The notes: generated by a model from the sequence alone, not told the origin. A stretch of 59,318 nt of DNA from Bosea sp. (in: a-proteobacteria) (GCA_036525085.1 DATDBB010000451.1:1-59318), one strand, 5' to 3'; counted from the stretch's first letter, positions 36,196 to 46,732 are shown. Program-made: numbers and translations.

Positions 36196-37767
36196 ATGCT
36201 GGACACGATCCGCCACCCGCAATTCGCCTCTGGCACCGAGCGGTTCGATCACCGGATCAACGTACGGCCGCGGCCGTCCTTCGGCCTGGGGAGCCTTCGG
36301 AACAGCAAGTTTCTGCTGGCTTTCGGGACCGTCGTATGTCTGGCCATCGCCGCGCTCTATCTCGCCCTGCGTCCGACGACATACACCGCGTCCAGCCAGC
36401 TGCTGATCTATATGAGGCAGATCCTGTCGGGCCCCGATCAGGCGATCCTGCAGGGTCGCGCCGATCTGTCGATGGTCCAGAACCAGATCGAACTGCTTCG
36501 TTCCGGCAATGTGCTGGGCAAGGTCGTCGAAGCGTTGCAACTGACCAAGGATCCCGAGTTCATCAGCGATATCCGGGTCCCGTCCGGACCGAAGACGGGC
36601 GATCCGACGCATCGCGCCCCGGACGGCGAGATCGAGAGCGCGGCCTATCGCGCCGCGCTGCGGACGCTGAACCGCGAACTCGGCATTCGCCAACGCGGCA
36701 CGAGCCATATCGTGACGGTGAGCTTCAAGGCCTCGGACCCGGAAAAGGCCTCCCGCATCGTCGACAGCGTGATCCGGACCTATATGCAGGAGCGCGCGCG
36801 GGCGTTCGTCGCAGCCTCGTCCAAGGCGCCGACCCTCCGCGAGCTTCATCAAAGCCTCGGCCCCAGCGCCCAGGTCGTCTCGGAAGCGGTGCCGCCCGTC
36901 AAGGCGGACGGTCCTCCGGCGGCATTGATCCTTGCCGCGGCAGCATTGCTCGGCCTGAGCGCCGCCGCCAGCGCCGCCCTGGTGCTCGACGCCTGCGACG
37001 ACACGATCCGCGGCGCGCACCAGATGGAGTATGTGCTCGGCCTGGAGTGCCTGGGCGTCGTGCCTCGCTTCCCGCGCATCGGCGCCGGGGGCGCGGAGAT
37101 CGCGGCAGAGCGCCTGCTGGCATCGCAAAGCCCGATGCTGCGGCGAGCGGCTGCGATGATGCAGGAGGCTTCGTCCGGAGGAGCGCGGAGGATCGGTGTG
37201 ACGTCGGTCGTGCCGGGCGAGGGCGCGACGACGCTCGCCATCGGTCTGGCGATGGCGGCGGCGGAAGCGGGACAACACGTCCTGCTGATTGATGCCGTTC
37301 GGGAGAATCCGTCGATCTCGCGTTGGGCCGCCTATGTCTCCCGGACCTGGCTCCAGCGGGAAGCCGCCCCGGAGGGCCAGTCATTCGACGATGTCGTCCA
37401 GGTGCAGGCGGGACTGGATATCCTGCCGCTGGCCGCGGGGGCCGGGGACGAGGCTCGCCTGATGGGCCCCAACTGGCTGGATGACAGCCTGAGCGCGGCG
37501 GAGGCCTCCTACGACCTGGTGATCGTCGACCTGCCCTCGCTCGTGGGCGGCCCGCAGGTGCGGGCAGCCGCCCAGACGCTGGATGGCTTCCTGCTCGTGG
37601 TGAAATGGGGTGCGACCGAATCCGAGCTCGTCCGGCAGGCTTTCCAGTCGGCAGGTCAGGCGCGGCAAAAATTCATCGGCACGGTTCTCAACATCGCCGA
37701 TGACGAGACGATGAAGCGTTATGGATACAAGCGTCCTGCGGAAACGAAGCTTGTGACTACATCCTGA
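36196..37767 (+). CDS. Second Wzc/GumC-like co-polymerase with degenerate kinase domain
   Basis: YTASSQLL, ELLRSG, GVTSVVPGEGATT, LLIDA, VIVDLP, VVKWG, GTVLN; paralog of 16298..17941. Confidence 0.87.
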   Translation: MLDTIRHPQFASGTERFDHRINVRPRPSFGLGSLRNSKFLLAFGTVVCLAIAALYLALRPTTYTASSQLLIYMRQILSGPDQAILQGRADLSMVQNQIELLRSGNVLGKVVEALQLTKDPEFISDIRVPSGPKTGDPTHRAPDGEIESAAYRAALRTLNRELGIRQRGTSHIVTVSFKASDPEKASRIVDSVIRTYMQERARAFVAASSKAPTLRELHQSLGPSAQVVSEAVPPVKADGPPAALILAAAALLGLSAAASAALVLDACDDTIRGAHQMEYVLGLECLGVVPRFPRIGAGGAEIAAERLLASQSPMLRRAAAMMQEASSGGARRIGVTSVVPGEGATTLAIGLAMAAAEAGQHVLLIDAVRENPSISRWAAYVSRTWLQREAAPEGQSFDDVVQVQAGLDILPLAAGAGDEARLMGPNWLDDSLSAAEASYDLVIVDLPSLVGGPQVRAAAQTLDGFLLVVKWGATESELVRQAFQSAGQARQKFIGTVLNIADDETMKRYGYKRPAETKLVTTS

Positions 37768-37817
37768 GACAAACTGATCTCGGCCCTGGGCCTCGGCATT
37801 TACGGAAGGATAGTAAC

Positions 37818-38651
37818 ATGAAGGTCGTACTCTTTTGCGGCGGCCAGGGAATGCGCCTGCGGGGCTATGTGGATGATGTCCCCAAGCCGATGGTCCCGAT
37901 CGGCTCCCGGCCCATTCTCTGGCACCTGATGAAGTACTACGCCCATTTCGGGCACAGGGACTTTATCCTCTGCCTGGGCCACAAGGGCTGCGCCATCAAG
38001 GACTACTTCCTGAAATACGACGAGTCGATCTCGAACGATTTCGTCTGGTCGCAGGGCGGGCGGAAGATCGACTTCGTCAACCGCGACAGCGACGACTGGA
38101 CGATCACCTTCGTCGAGACCGGGTTGCATGCGACGATCGGCGAGCGCCTCAAGGCGGTCGAACCCTATCTGCAGGGTGACGAGTTCTTCCTTGCGAACTA
38201 TGGCGACGGCCTCAGCGACCTGCACCTTCCGACGATGATCGAGGAATTCCAGCAGAGCAGCGCCGTCGGCTCGCTGCTTTTGGTCCAGCCGACGGCGAGC
38301 TTCGACATCGTCAGGACGACGCCCGAGGGCAAGATCGCCGAAGTCGAGCCGCTGAGCCAGACCGACATCTGGATCAATGGCGGCTTCTTCGTCTTCCGGA
38401 ACGAGATCTTCGACTACATCAATCCCGGTGACGAGCTGGTGCGGGAGCCGTTCGCGCGGCTGATTCAGCAGCAGGCCCTGCTGGCGCACAAATGCACCGG
38501 CTTCTGGCAGTGCATGGACACCTTCAAGGACAAGCAGCGCCTCGATGAACTCCATGACACCAACCCGCCGTGGAAGGTGTGGAAGGACAGCGTCCCCGCC
38601 CCGTATCGCCCGATGGCGAAGGTGGCTCCCACGATGACGCAGGTGGCGTGA
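37818..38651 (+). CDS. rfbF: Glucose-1-phosphate cytidylyltransferase
   Basis: LFCGGQGMRL, PKPMV.IG, YGDG, WINGGFF, FWQCMDT. Confidence 0.9.
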   Translation: MKVVLFCGGQGMRLRGYVDDVPKPMVPIGSRPILWHLMKYYAHFGHRDFILCLGHKGCAIKDYFLKYDESISNDFVWSQGGRKIDFVNRDSDDWTITFVETGLHATIGERLKAVEPYLQGDEFFLANYGDGLSDLHLPTMIEEFQQSSAVGSLLLVQPTASFDIVRTTPEGKIAEVEPLSQTDIWINGGFFVFRNEIFDYINPGDELVREPFARLIQQQALLAHKCTGFWQCMDTFKDKQRLDELHDTNPPWKVWKDSVPAPYRPMAKVAPTMTQVA

Positions 38652-38653
38652 CC

Positions 38654-39307
38654 ATGCTCCGTCTGAAGCCGGATGGCGACGGCCGGTCGCCGCTGCAGAT
38701 CCTGTGCCTGGGCTGCCACTCCGACGACATCGAGATCGGCTGCGGCGGAACGGTGCTGCAACTCGCGGCGGAGCGCCCGGACGCCGTCTTCCACTGGGTC
38801 GTCTTCAGCGCGAAGGGTGTGCGGGCGTCGGAGGCGGAAAGGGGAGCGAAGCAGTTCGTCGACCCCACCCGCATGAAGCAGGTCATCCTGAAGGACTTTC
38901 AGGATGGCTACATGCCTTTCGCCGGTGCCGAGATCAAGAACCTGTTCGAGCAGCTCAAGCGCGAGGTGTCGCCGGACATCATCTTCACGCACAACCGGCA
39001 CGATTCACACCAGGATCACCGGCTGATCGCCGAGCTGACCTGGAACACGTTTCGCAGCCACCTGATCCTGGAATACGAGATTCCGAAATATGATGGCGAT
39101 CTCGGGCAGCCCGGCGTCTTCAACGCGCTTCCGGATGCGATCTGCGAGAGGAAGGTCGATCTGATCCTCGATACCTTCAAATCCCAGAGCAACAAGCAAT
39201 GGTTCGATCGCTCGACCTTCATGGCGCTGATGCGGCTGCGCGGCATGGAGTGCAATGCGCCGAGCGGATATGCCGAGGCCTTCTATGCCCGCAAGCTGAT
39301 GCTCTGA
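38654..39307 (+). CDS. PIG-L family deacetylase
   Basis: CHSDDIEIGCGGT, DSHQDH, YEIPKYDGD, YAEAF. Confidence 0.88.
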   Translation: MLRLKPDGDGRSPLQILCLGCHSDDIEIGCGGTVLQLAAERPDAVFHWVVFSAKGVRASEAERGAKQFVDPTRMKQVILKDFQDGYMPFAGAEIKNLFEQLKREVSPDIIFTHNRHDSHQDHRLIAELTWNTFRSHLILEYEIPKYDGDLGQPGVFNALPDAICERKVDLILDTFKSQSNKQWFDRSTFMALMRLRGMECNAPSGYAEAFYARKLML

Positions 39308-39326
39308 GCCGGCAATCGAGATCGAA

Positions 39327-40802
39327 ATGCACGATTTGAAGAGCAGAACCGTTCGCGCCGGCATCATCAATGTCGGTGCGCGCGGCTTTGGCTTCCTGAT
39401 CCGCATCGGGTCGATCATGATCATGGGGCGGCTGCTGACGCCCGGCGATTACGGGCTGGTCACCATGGTGATGGCCTTTACGGGCGTCTTGAACATGTTC
39501 GGCTGCTTCGGGCTGATCCAGGCGGCCATCCAGCGCGACGAACTCAGCGAAACGGAGTCCTCTTCGCTGTTCTGGCTCAACCTGACGTTCGGCGCATTGC
39601 TGACGCTCACCGCCATTCTGGCCGCGCCCATGGTCAGCGCGTTCTACCGCGAGCCACGCCTGATCGCGATTATGGAGGTGATGGCATTCACCTTCGTCAT
39701 CACGGCGGCAGGCGTCCAGCACGGCGCGTTGCTGCAGCGGCGCATGTCTTTCGGGAAGCTGGCGAAGATCGAGATAAGCGCCCTCCTGCTCTCGGTGGCG
39801 GTGGCGATCGGGATGGCTGCGAGCGGCTACGAGTATTGGGCGATCGTCTCGATGAGCATCACGCAGCCGCTGGCCACGACCATCGGCCTGTGGCTGTCGA
39901 CGGGCTGGATTCCGGGCCGGCCGCGGATCGCCGGCGGAGTGCTGTCGATGCTGCGGTTCGGCGGCGGGACGACGCTGACCGGTTTCCTGGCCTACATCAC
40001 GGTCAATATCGACAAGCTCATGCTCGGCCGCGTCTGGGGCACGGAAGCGACCGGCCTCTACAGCCGGAGCTACTATCTGATCAATTTCCCGACCGAGAAC
40101 CTCAACACGACGATCGGCGAGATAGCGTTTGCCGCCCTGTCGCGGACCAAGGACGATCCCGAACGCCTGCGCCGCTATTTCCTGAAGGGCTACTCGCTGG
40201 TGGTGACGCTGACACTGCCCCTGACGGTCGTCTCCGCGCTTTTCGCCGATGATCTGATCGTGGTGGTCCTCGGCCCGAAATGGGTGGGGGCCATCGAGAT
40301 CTTCAGGATCCTCGCGCCGACGATCCTGGTGCTGGCGATCACCAATCCGCTGGGCTGGCTGCTCAATGCGCTCGGCCTGGTCAGGCGCGGCGTGTTCATC
40401 GGGATGTTCTCCGCCCCGCTCATGGTTGCCGGCACCCTGATCGGGCTTCCCTACGGTCCGCGCGGCGTTGCGATCGCCTATTCCACCGTCATGGTCAGCA
40501 AGGTGATCCCGGTGGCCGTCTGGGCGCTGCATGGCACGGGAGTGAAGGTGCGCGAGTTCGTCGGGGCGTTGGCGAGCCCGCTGTTCGCGAGCGCGGCCGC
40601 GGCGGGGATCGCCTTCGGGGTGCATGTCCTGGCCGGGCCGCTGTTGTCGCCGGTGTTTCGTCTCGCGCTGGATGTCGCGGTGTTCGGCGCGGCCTATGTC
40701 GCGGTCCTGTTCGTCATCGCCGGCGAGAAGGGGCTGTATCTCGACCTCTTCCGCGCGGCGAAAGAGGCTCGCCTGGCCGACGCGGCCGCGAAGTCCGCCT
40801 GA
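39327..40802 (+). CDS. Wzx flippase (WzxC/PST family)
   Basis: RLL.P.DYGL, multiple TM segments, G.Y.R.Y, LGPKW. Confidence 0.9.
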   Translation: MHDLKSRTVRAGIINVGARGFGFLIRIGSIMIMGRLLTPGDYGLVTMVMAFTGVLNMFGCFGLIQAAIQRDELSETESSSLFWLNLTFGALLTLTAILAAPMVSAFYREPRLIAIMEVMAFTFVITAAGVQHGALLQRRMSFGKLAKIEISALLLSVAVAIGMAASGYEYWAIVSMSITQPLATTIGLWLSTGWIPGRPRIAGGVLSMLRFGGGTTLTGFLAYITVNIDKLMLGRVWGTEATGLYSRSYYLINFPTENLNTTIGEIAFAALSRTKDDPERLRRYFLKGYSLVVTLTLPLTVVSALFADDLIVVVLGPKWVGAIEIFRILAPTILVLAITNPLGWLLNALGLVRRGVFIGMFSAPLMVAGTLIGLPYGPRGVAIAYSTVMVSKVIPVAVWALHGTGVKVREFVGALASPLFASAAAAGIAFGVHVLAGPLLSPVFRLALDVAVFGAAYVAVLFVIAGEKGLYLDLFRAAKEARLADAAAKSA

Positions 40803-40903
40803 CCCACAAAGCAAAACCGTAGCACTGCGCAGGTCCTGCGCAGGAACGCGGCAATGCGCCGGGCATTATCCAAATGCAGGCTTGGGTTTGGTAGGGGGGA
40901 CGC

Positions 40904-41473
40904 ATGCATTTCGCCAAGACCAGTATCGAGGGCGCGATCGTGATCGACCCGATTCAGCATTCCGATGCGCGCGGACGCTTCATGCGAGCCTGGTGCCTCA
41001 AGGAATTCGCCGATCAGGGGATCGCGTTCGAGCCTGTCCAGGCCAATCTCGGGTTCAGCACGAAGCGCGGCACGGTCCGGGGCATGCACTTCCAGGCGGC
41101 GCCGGCCAGCGAGGCCAAGCTGGTGCGCTGCACGCGCGGGGCGATGTTCGACGTTGTCCTCGACCTGCGGCCGGATTCGCCGAGCTACGGCGCCTGGCAC
41201 GGCGTTGAACTGAGCGACGAAAACGGCCGCATGCTCTTCCTGCCCGAGGGCTGCGCGCATGGCTACCAGACGCTCGAGACCGATACGGAGATGCACTACA
41301 TGACCTCCGCCTACTACACGCCGTCAGCCGTCAGAGGCGTGCGCTTCGACGACCCGGCCTTCGGTATCGTCTGGCCCCTGGCCGTGACCTCGATCTCCGA
41401 GCAGGACGGCAACTGGCCGCCGACCATGCGCCTGCCTGGCCATGCCACGTCAGACCCATGCCTGACGGCATGA
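40904..41473 (+). CDS. rfbC: NDP-4-keto-6-deoxyglucose 3,5-epimerase
   Basis: DARGRF, GTVRGMHFQ, KLVRC.RG, DLRPDSP, GCAHGYQ. Confidence 0.9.
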   Translation: MHFAKTSIEGAIVIDPIQHSDARGRFMRAWCLKEFADQGIAFEPVQANLGFSTKRGTVRGMHFQAAPASEAKLVRCTRGAMFDVVLDLRPDSPSYGAWHGVELSDENGRMLFLPEGCAHGYQTLETDTEMHYMTSAYYTPSAVRGVRFDDPAFGIVWPLAVTSISEQDGNWPPTMRLPGHATSDPCLTA

Positions 41474-42840
41474 TCGTCTCAGCAGGATTTGTCGGAAGGG
41501 AGCACCACGCCATGGCAGTCGATACCGTATTGCGCGAGCGCGAGGCTGCAGGGCGGCCGATCCGTGTGGGCATGGTCGGGGCGGGCGCCACCGGCCGCGC
41601 GATCGCTCTTCAGCTCGGCACGCCGGTACCGGGGATGCGGCTCGTCGCCATCGCCAACCGGACGCTCGCGAATGCCGAGCGGGCCTTCCGGGAAGCGAAC
41701 ATCCATGACTGGCGCCATGTCTCGTCCGTTCGGGATGCCGAGCTGACCATTTCGCGCGGGACGCCGATCCTGACCGACGATCCGGCCGTGCTGACCGCAT
41801 GCGAGGCTATCGACATCATCGTCGAGGTCACGGGGACGGTCGAGGCCGGCACCACGGTCATTCTCGATGCGATCGCGCATCGCAAGCATGTGGTGATGGT
41901 GAATGCCGAGCTCGACTCGCTGATCGGCCCGATCCTGAACGAGCGTGCTCGCGAGGCCGGCGTGGTCCTGACCAACACCGATGGCGACGAGCCTGGCGTC
42001 GCGATGACGCTGCTGCGCTATCTGCGGACGCTGGGGTTGCGCCCGGTCGCCGCCGGCAACATCAAGGGCATGGTCGACTACTATCGAAACCCCGATACGC
42101 AGCGTGCCTTCGCCGAAAAGAACGACCAGGATGCCCGCAAGGTGACGTCCTTCGCCGATGCCACGAAGCTGTCGATGGAGACGACGGTGCTGGCCAATGC
42201 GACGGGGTTCCGCGCCGGGCGCCGTGGCATGTACGGGCCGGCGTGCAAGGAGGTCCGGGAGGTCGCGGGGCTCCTGCCGGCCGAGGCGATGCTCGAAACG
42301 GGGCTGGTGGATTATGCGCTGGGCGCGGCGCCCCACACCGGCGCCTTCGTCGTCGTGCATGAGGAGGCGCCGCTGAAGCAGGCCCAACTCGCCTATTACA
42401 AGATGGGGGACGGTCCGTTCTACGTCTTCTACACGCCGTTCCATCTGCCGCACCTGCAGATCGGCTCGACGATCGGGCGCGCCGTCATCGATCACGATCC
42501 GACGGTGGCGCCGCTGGCGGGGCCCGTCTGCGAGGTGGTCACGGTCGCGAAGCGCGACCTCAAGGCCGGCGAGCGTCTCGACGGCATCGGCGGCTTCTGC
42601 GCCTACGGCCTGATCGAGAATGCCGCAGACGCGCGCGCGCTCGATGCACTGCCGATCGGGCTTTCCGAGAACTGCGTCCTGCGGTGCGACAAGAGGAAGG
42701 ACGACGTCGTCTCGTTCGACGACGTCATCGTGCCGGCAGGACGCCAGGCGGACGCGCTCTGGCGCGAGCAGCAGCGGCTCTGGCCGATGCGCGAAGCGAA
42801 GGCCTCGCCGCAGCGGGTCCTCGCCGAGGCGGCCTCATGA
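41470..42840 (+). CDS. NAD(P)-dependent oxidoreductase, homoserine-dehydrogenase-like with C-terminal SAF domain
   Basis: VGMVGAGATG, NAELD, DGDEPG, AKRDLKAGERLDGIGG, LPIGL; alternative start 41512. Confidence 0.85.
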   Translation: MIVSAGFVGREHHAMAVDTVLREREAAGRPIRVGMVGAGATGRAIALQLGTPVPGMRLVAIANRTLANAERAFREANIHDWRHVSSVRDAELTISRGTPILTDDPAVLTACEAIDIIVEVTGTVEAGTTVILDAIAHRKHVVMVNAELDSLIGPILNERAREAGVVLTNTDGDEPGVAMTLLRYLRTLGLRPVAAGNIKGMVDYYRNPDTQRAFAEKNDQDARKVTSFADATKLSMETTVLANATGFRAGRRGMYGPACKEVREVAGLLPAEAMLETGLVDYALGAAPHTGAFVVVHEEAPLKQAQLAYYKMGDGPFYVFYTPFHLPHLQIGSTIGRAVIDHDPTVAPLAGPVCEVVTVAKRDLKAGERLDGIGGFCAYGLIENAADARALDALPIGLSENCVLRCDKRKDDVVSFDDVIVPAGRQADALWREQQRLWPMREAKASPQRVLAEAAS

Positions 42841-42927
42841 CATGACGAAACGCTGCACGGACGTATTCGTGCAGGGAGTGGACTCCAGGGATAGCGGCCA
42901 TTTCATCGACGCGGGGCTAGGTCTGCC

Positions 42928-44082
42928 ATGCTGAATCGCTCATTCTGGCAAAAGCGCAAGGTGTTCGTCACGGGACATACCGGCTTCAAAGGCGGTTGGC
43001 TCTCACTTTGGCTGGAGGCGCTGGGCGCCGACGTCACGGGCTATGCGCTCGATCCGCCGTCCGAGCCCAATCTGTTCGAGCAGGCGAGGGTCGGCGAATG
43101 CATCCGGTCGATCCGCGGCGACGTTCGGGATTTCGCGCATCTGAAGTCCGCGATCGCCGAATGCAATCCCGATGTCGTCATCCACATGGCCGCCCAGTCC
43201 GTGGTTCGCTACAGCTACGAGGAGCCGGTCGAGACCTATGCGACGAACGTCATGGGGACGGTTCACCTGCTGGAAGCGGTGCGCCAACTCGGGCGCCCCT
43301 GCGTCGTGGTCAATGTCACCAGCGACAAATGCTACGAGAACCGGGAGTGGGTCTGGGGCTATCGCGAGAACGACCCGATGGGCGGCCACGATCCCTATTC
43401 CAACTCCAAGGGATGCGCGGAACTGGTAACCAGCGCCTATCGCGACTCCTACTTCTCCCCAGGCACGCTGTCGCGCCACGGCGTCGCGATGGCGAGCGTG
43501 CGTGCGGGAAACGCCATCGGGGGCGGGGACTGGACTGCCAACCAGCTCATTCCGGACCTGGTCCGGGCTTTCCTCGGCCGGCGCCCCTGCCGCATCCGCA
43601 GCCCTGCGGCGATCCGGCCCTGGCAGTTCGTCCTGATGCCGCTCCACGGCTATCTGCTGCTGTGCGAGAGGCTTGCCGAGGACGGCGCCCGGTTCGCGTC
43701 GGGCTGGAATTTCGGGCCGGCGGAGACCGATGCGAAGCCTGTCTCCTGGATCGCTGACAAGCTCGTGGCGCTATGGGGCGAGGGCGCCTCATGGACGCGG
43801 GACGGGGCGGTGCATCCCGCCGAGGCGCAGTTGCTGCGCCTCGACACCTCCAAGGCCAGGACGAGCCTCGACTGGCATCCGGTTCTGCAACTCGACCAGA
43901 GCCTCGCCTGGATCGTCGAATGGTACCATGCGTTCCAGGCCGGGGCCGATCTCCAATCGCTGACGCGCCGGCAGATCGAGCGCTACGAATATCTTCTCCA
44001 GGATCATGCCGAGCGGAATGGCTCGGGAGCGCAGCCGAGAGCGGCCGCTCCGGCGCCTCTGCTTCCGATTGCCGAAGGATGA
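42928..44082 (+). CDS. rfbG: CDP-glucose 4,6-dehydratase
   Basis: VTGHTGFKGGWL, TSDKCY, DPYSNSK, RAGN.IGGGDW, RPWQ. Confidence 0.93.
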   Translation: MLNRSFWQKRKVFVTGHTGFKGGWLSLWLEALGADVTGYALDPPSEPNLFEQARVGECIRSIRGDVRDFAHLKSAIAECNPDVVIHMAAQSVVRYSYEEPVETYATNVMGTVHLLEAVRQLGRPCVVVNVTSDKCYENREWVWGYRENDPMGGHDPYSNSKGCAELVTSAYRDSYFSPGTLSRHGVAMASVRAGNAIGGGDWTANQLIPDLVRAFLGRRPCRIRSPAAIRPWQFVLMPLHGYLLLCERLAEDGARFASGWNFGPAETDAKPVSWIADKLVALWGEGASWTRDGAVHPAEAQLLRLDTSKARTSLDWHPVLQLDQSLAWIVEWYHAFQAGADLQSLTRRQIERYEYLLQDHAERNGSGAQPRAAAPAPLLPIAEG

Positions 44083-44120
44083 ACCCGACAGCGCCTCGCC
44101 AGCAGAAGGAACACTTGCTC

Positions 44121-45461
44121 ATGCCGAATGTCGTCGTGCTTGGAACTGGAATGGCTGGCTTCGGTGCGGCGCACCGGCTGAGGCAGGAGGGCATCACGCC
44201 GGTCATGTACGATAAGAATTCGTATTATGGCGGGCACACGATGTCGTTCCGTCACGAGCCGGGCTTCGTCTTCGACATCGGCCCGCATATTTCCTTTACG
44301 AAGGACGAGCGCATCCAGGAGTTGCTCGCCGACAACGTCGACCAGCTCTATGAGACCATCCAGATCAACCTGAACAATTACTGGCGCGGCCACTGGCCGC
44401 AACATCCCGTCCAGCTTCACCTGCATGGCCTGCCGGAAGACGTGATCGTGAAGGTGATCGCCGATTTCGTGGAGGAGCGGCAGAAGCCCGAAGGACCGAT
44501 CAACAACTACAACGACTGGCTGGTGGCCAGCTTCGGCTCGACCTTCGCCGAACTATTCCCGAAGCAATACACGCGCAAATACCATCTCACCACGGCCGAG
44601 AACATGAGCACCGACTGGCTGGGGCCGCGCATTTACCGGCCGTCTCTGGAAGAGGTGCTGCGCGGTGCGATATCCGCGTCGTCGCCGAACGTGCATTACA
44701 TCACGCATTTTCGCTATCCGAAGCAGGGCGGCTTCGTGTCCTATCTGCACAGGTTCGCGCCGCTCGGGACCATCAAGCTGAACCACGAGCTGGTATCCAT
44801 CGATCCCGGGATCAATGAGCTGGCGTTCGCGAACGGCGTCCGGGCCAGCTACGACACGCTGATCTCGTCGGTGCCGCTGCCGGATCTCATTCGCATGATC
44901 AAGGGCGTGCCGGCGGACGTTCTGGAAGCCGCAGGCCGGCTCGCCTGCTCGTCCTGCGTCCTGGTCAATCTCGGCGTGGATCGCGAGGACATCTCCAGCG
45001 CGCATATGTCGTATTTCTACGATGAGGACATCTGCTTCACGCGCCTCGGTTTTCCGCACATGCTCTGCGACACCAATGCGCCGAAAGGCATGGGCAGCAT
45101 TCAGGCGGAGGTCTATTTCTCCGACAAGTACAGGCCCTTCTCGGGCAAGCCCGAGGACTGGATCGAGCCCGTCATCAAGGATCTTCGCCGCTGCGGGCTC
45201 CTGCGAGACAGCGACCAGGTCGTGTTCAAGACGGCGATGTATCTGCCTTACGCCAATATCATCTTCGATCTCGACCGGGCAGCCGCCGTCGCGACGGTTC
45301 ACGGCTATCTCGACGATATCGGGATCTCCTACTGCGGCCGCTACGGCGACTGGGGCTATATGTGGACCGATGAGAGCTTCAAGAGCGGCGAGGCGGCGGC
45401 CGAGAGAGCACTGTCGAGGCCTGCGGCGATCGAGGCTCCGCGGCGCATGCAGGCCGGATGA
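44121..45461 (+). CDS. FAD-dependent oxidoreductase (UDP-galactopyranose mutase / protoporphyrinogen-oxidase-like)
   Basis: VVLGTGMAG, GGH, FDIGPH, FRYP..GGF, GRYGDW.Y; alternative start 44079. Confidence 0.82.
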   Translation: MPNVVVLGTGMAGFGAAHRLRQEGITPVMYDKNSYYGGHTMSFRHEPGFVFDIGPHISFTKDERIQELLADNVDQLYETIQINLNNYWRGHWPQHPVQLHLHGLPEDVIVKVIADFVEERQKPEGPINNYNDWLVASFGSTFAELFPKQYTRKYHLTTAENMSTDWLGPRIYRPSLEEVLRGAISASSPNVHYITHFRYPKQGGFVSYLHRFAPLGTIKLNHELVSIDPGINELAFANGVRASYDTLISSVPLPDLIRMIKGVPADVLEAAGRLACSSCVLVNLGVDREDISSAHMSYFYDEDICFTRLGFPHMLCDTNAPKGMGSIQAEVYFSDKYRPFSGKPEDWIEPVIKDLRRCGLLRDSDQVVFKTAMYLPYANIIFDLDRAAAVATVHGYLDDIGISYCGRYGDWGYMWTDESFKSGEAAAERALSRPAAIEAPRRMQAG

Positions 45462-45574
45462 GGGCCAGAGTCGGATGTCTCCGCCCCGATGGAGACCTTC
45501 GGATTGTCGATGATGGTGCCGAAGTGACGTTTTTGGCACTGAGAGGATAATACACCCGCAAGAAGGGGGCTCAA

Positions 45575-46606
45575 ATGACAGCAAATCATGCTCCGCTCGT
45601 CAGTGTCGTGACGCCGGTCTACAATGGCGAGGCGTTTCTGCGGGAATGTATCGAAAGCGTATTGTCCCAGACCTACGAGAACTGGGAATACATCATCGTC
45701 AACAACGCCAGCACCGACGGAACGCTCGATATCGCCGAGGAGTATCGTCGGCGGGACAGCCGCGTTCGCGTTTTCAGCAACGAGACGCTGCTGCCGATCA
45801 TCGCCAATCACAACAGGGCCTTCGGCCTGATCTCCGACGACAGCAGATATTGCAAGGTCGTTTCGGCTGATGATTGGATCTACCCGGAATGCCTCGAGAA
45901 GATGGTCGAACTCGCCGAGGCCAACCCGTCGGTCGGCATCGTCAGCGCGTATCAGCTCAGCGGTGGGGCGGGCATCTGGTATGTCCGGAACGCCGGCCTT
46001 CCCTACGCGCAGACCGTCGTGCCGGGCCACGACATCTGCCGTTCCCATCTGCTCGGCATCCTGCGGGTGTTGGGGCCCCCGTCATCGCTCATGTACCGAT
46101 CGGACCTGATCCGGAATACCGACGCCTTCTTTCCGAACGCGACGAATGAGGCTGACACCAGCGCCTGCCTGAAGCATCTGCGCTATGCGGATTTCGGCTT
46201 CGTGCATCAGATCCTGGCTCACGAGCGCCTCCATCGCCAGACGGCGACGGCCGCCTCGCTCGAGCACAATGCCTATGTCTCGGCGGAGATCAGCGATTGC
46301 CAGGAATATGGCGACTGGTATCTGACCAAGCGGGAGCGCGAGGCGCGCATCGAGGAATTGCTGAGCCAGTATTATGCCTATCTGTCGGCCAATGCTTTCA
46401 AGTTCAGGGACAGGAAGTTCTGGGATTATCATGCCGAACGGCTGCGCGACCTGGGTTATCGGTTCGATGGGCGCAGGCTTTCCATGGGCATCGCCCGGAA
46501 AGCCACAGATCTGATCTTGAATCCGAAGGAAACAGCGCAGATCATCAGCAAGCGCATTCGCTTGCACTACATGTTCAGAGGGGCCCGTTCGGCATCGAAG
46601 GGCTGA
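45575..46606 (+). CDS. Glycosyltransferase family 2
   Basis: VSVVTPVYN, VNNASTD, SADD. Confidence 0.9.
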   Translation: MTANHAPLVSVVTPVYNGEAFLRECIESVLSQTYENWEYIIVNNASTDGTLDIAEEYRRRDSRVRVFSNETLLPIIANHNRAFGLISDDSRYCKVVSADDWIYPECLEKMVELAEANPSVGIVSAYQLSGGAGIWYVRNAGLPYAQTVVPGHDICRSHLLGILRVLGPPSSLMYRSDLIRNTDAFFPNATNEADTSACLKHLRYADFGFVHQILAHERLHRQTATAASLEHNAYVSAEISDCQEYGDWYLTKREREARIEELLSQYYAYLSANAFKFRDRKFWDYHAERLRDLGYRFDGRRLSMGIARKATDLILNPKETAQIISKRIRLHYMFRGARSASKG

Positions 46607-46732
46607 CGCCGCCGACGACCTCTTTGGCCGAGCCGTGCTCGAAGTTCGGTTTGTTCGATATAACGACCGCTCGTCTCGCTTTTGGGCCAAGCTGATGCAA
46701 GGTGTTGCGCGTGCGAAACGGTATCGTGATGT

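Noticed and set aside
40825-40843. Palindrome CTGCGCAG-GTC-CTGCGCAG between the flippase and rfbC
   Set aside because: Single GC-rich inverted repeat inside an operon with no U-tract; at most an mRNA-stability hairpin
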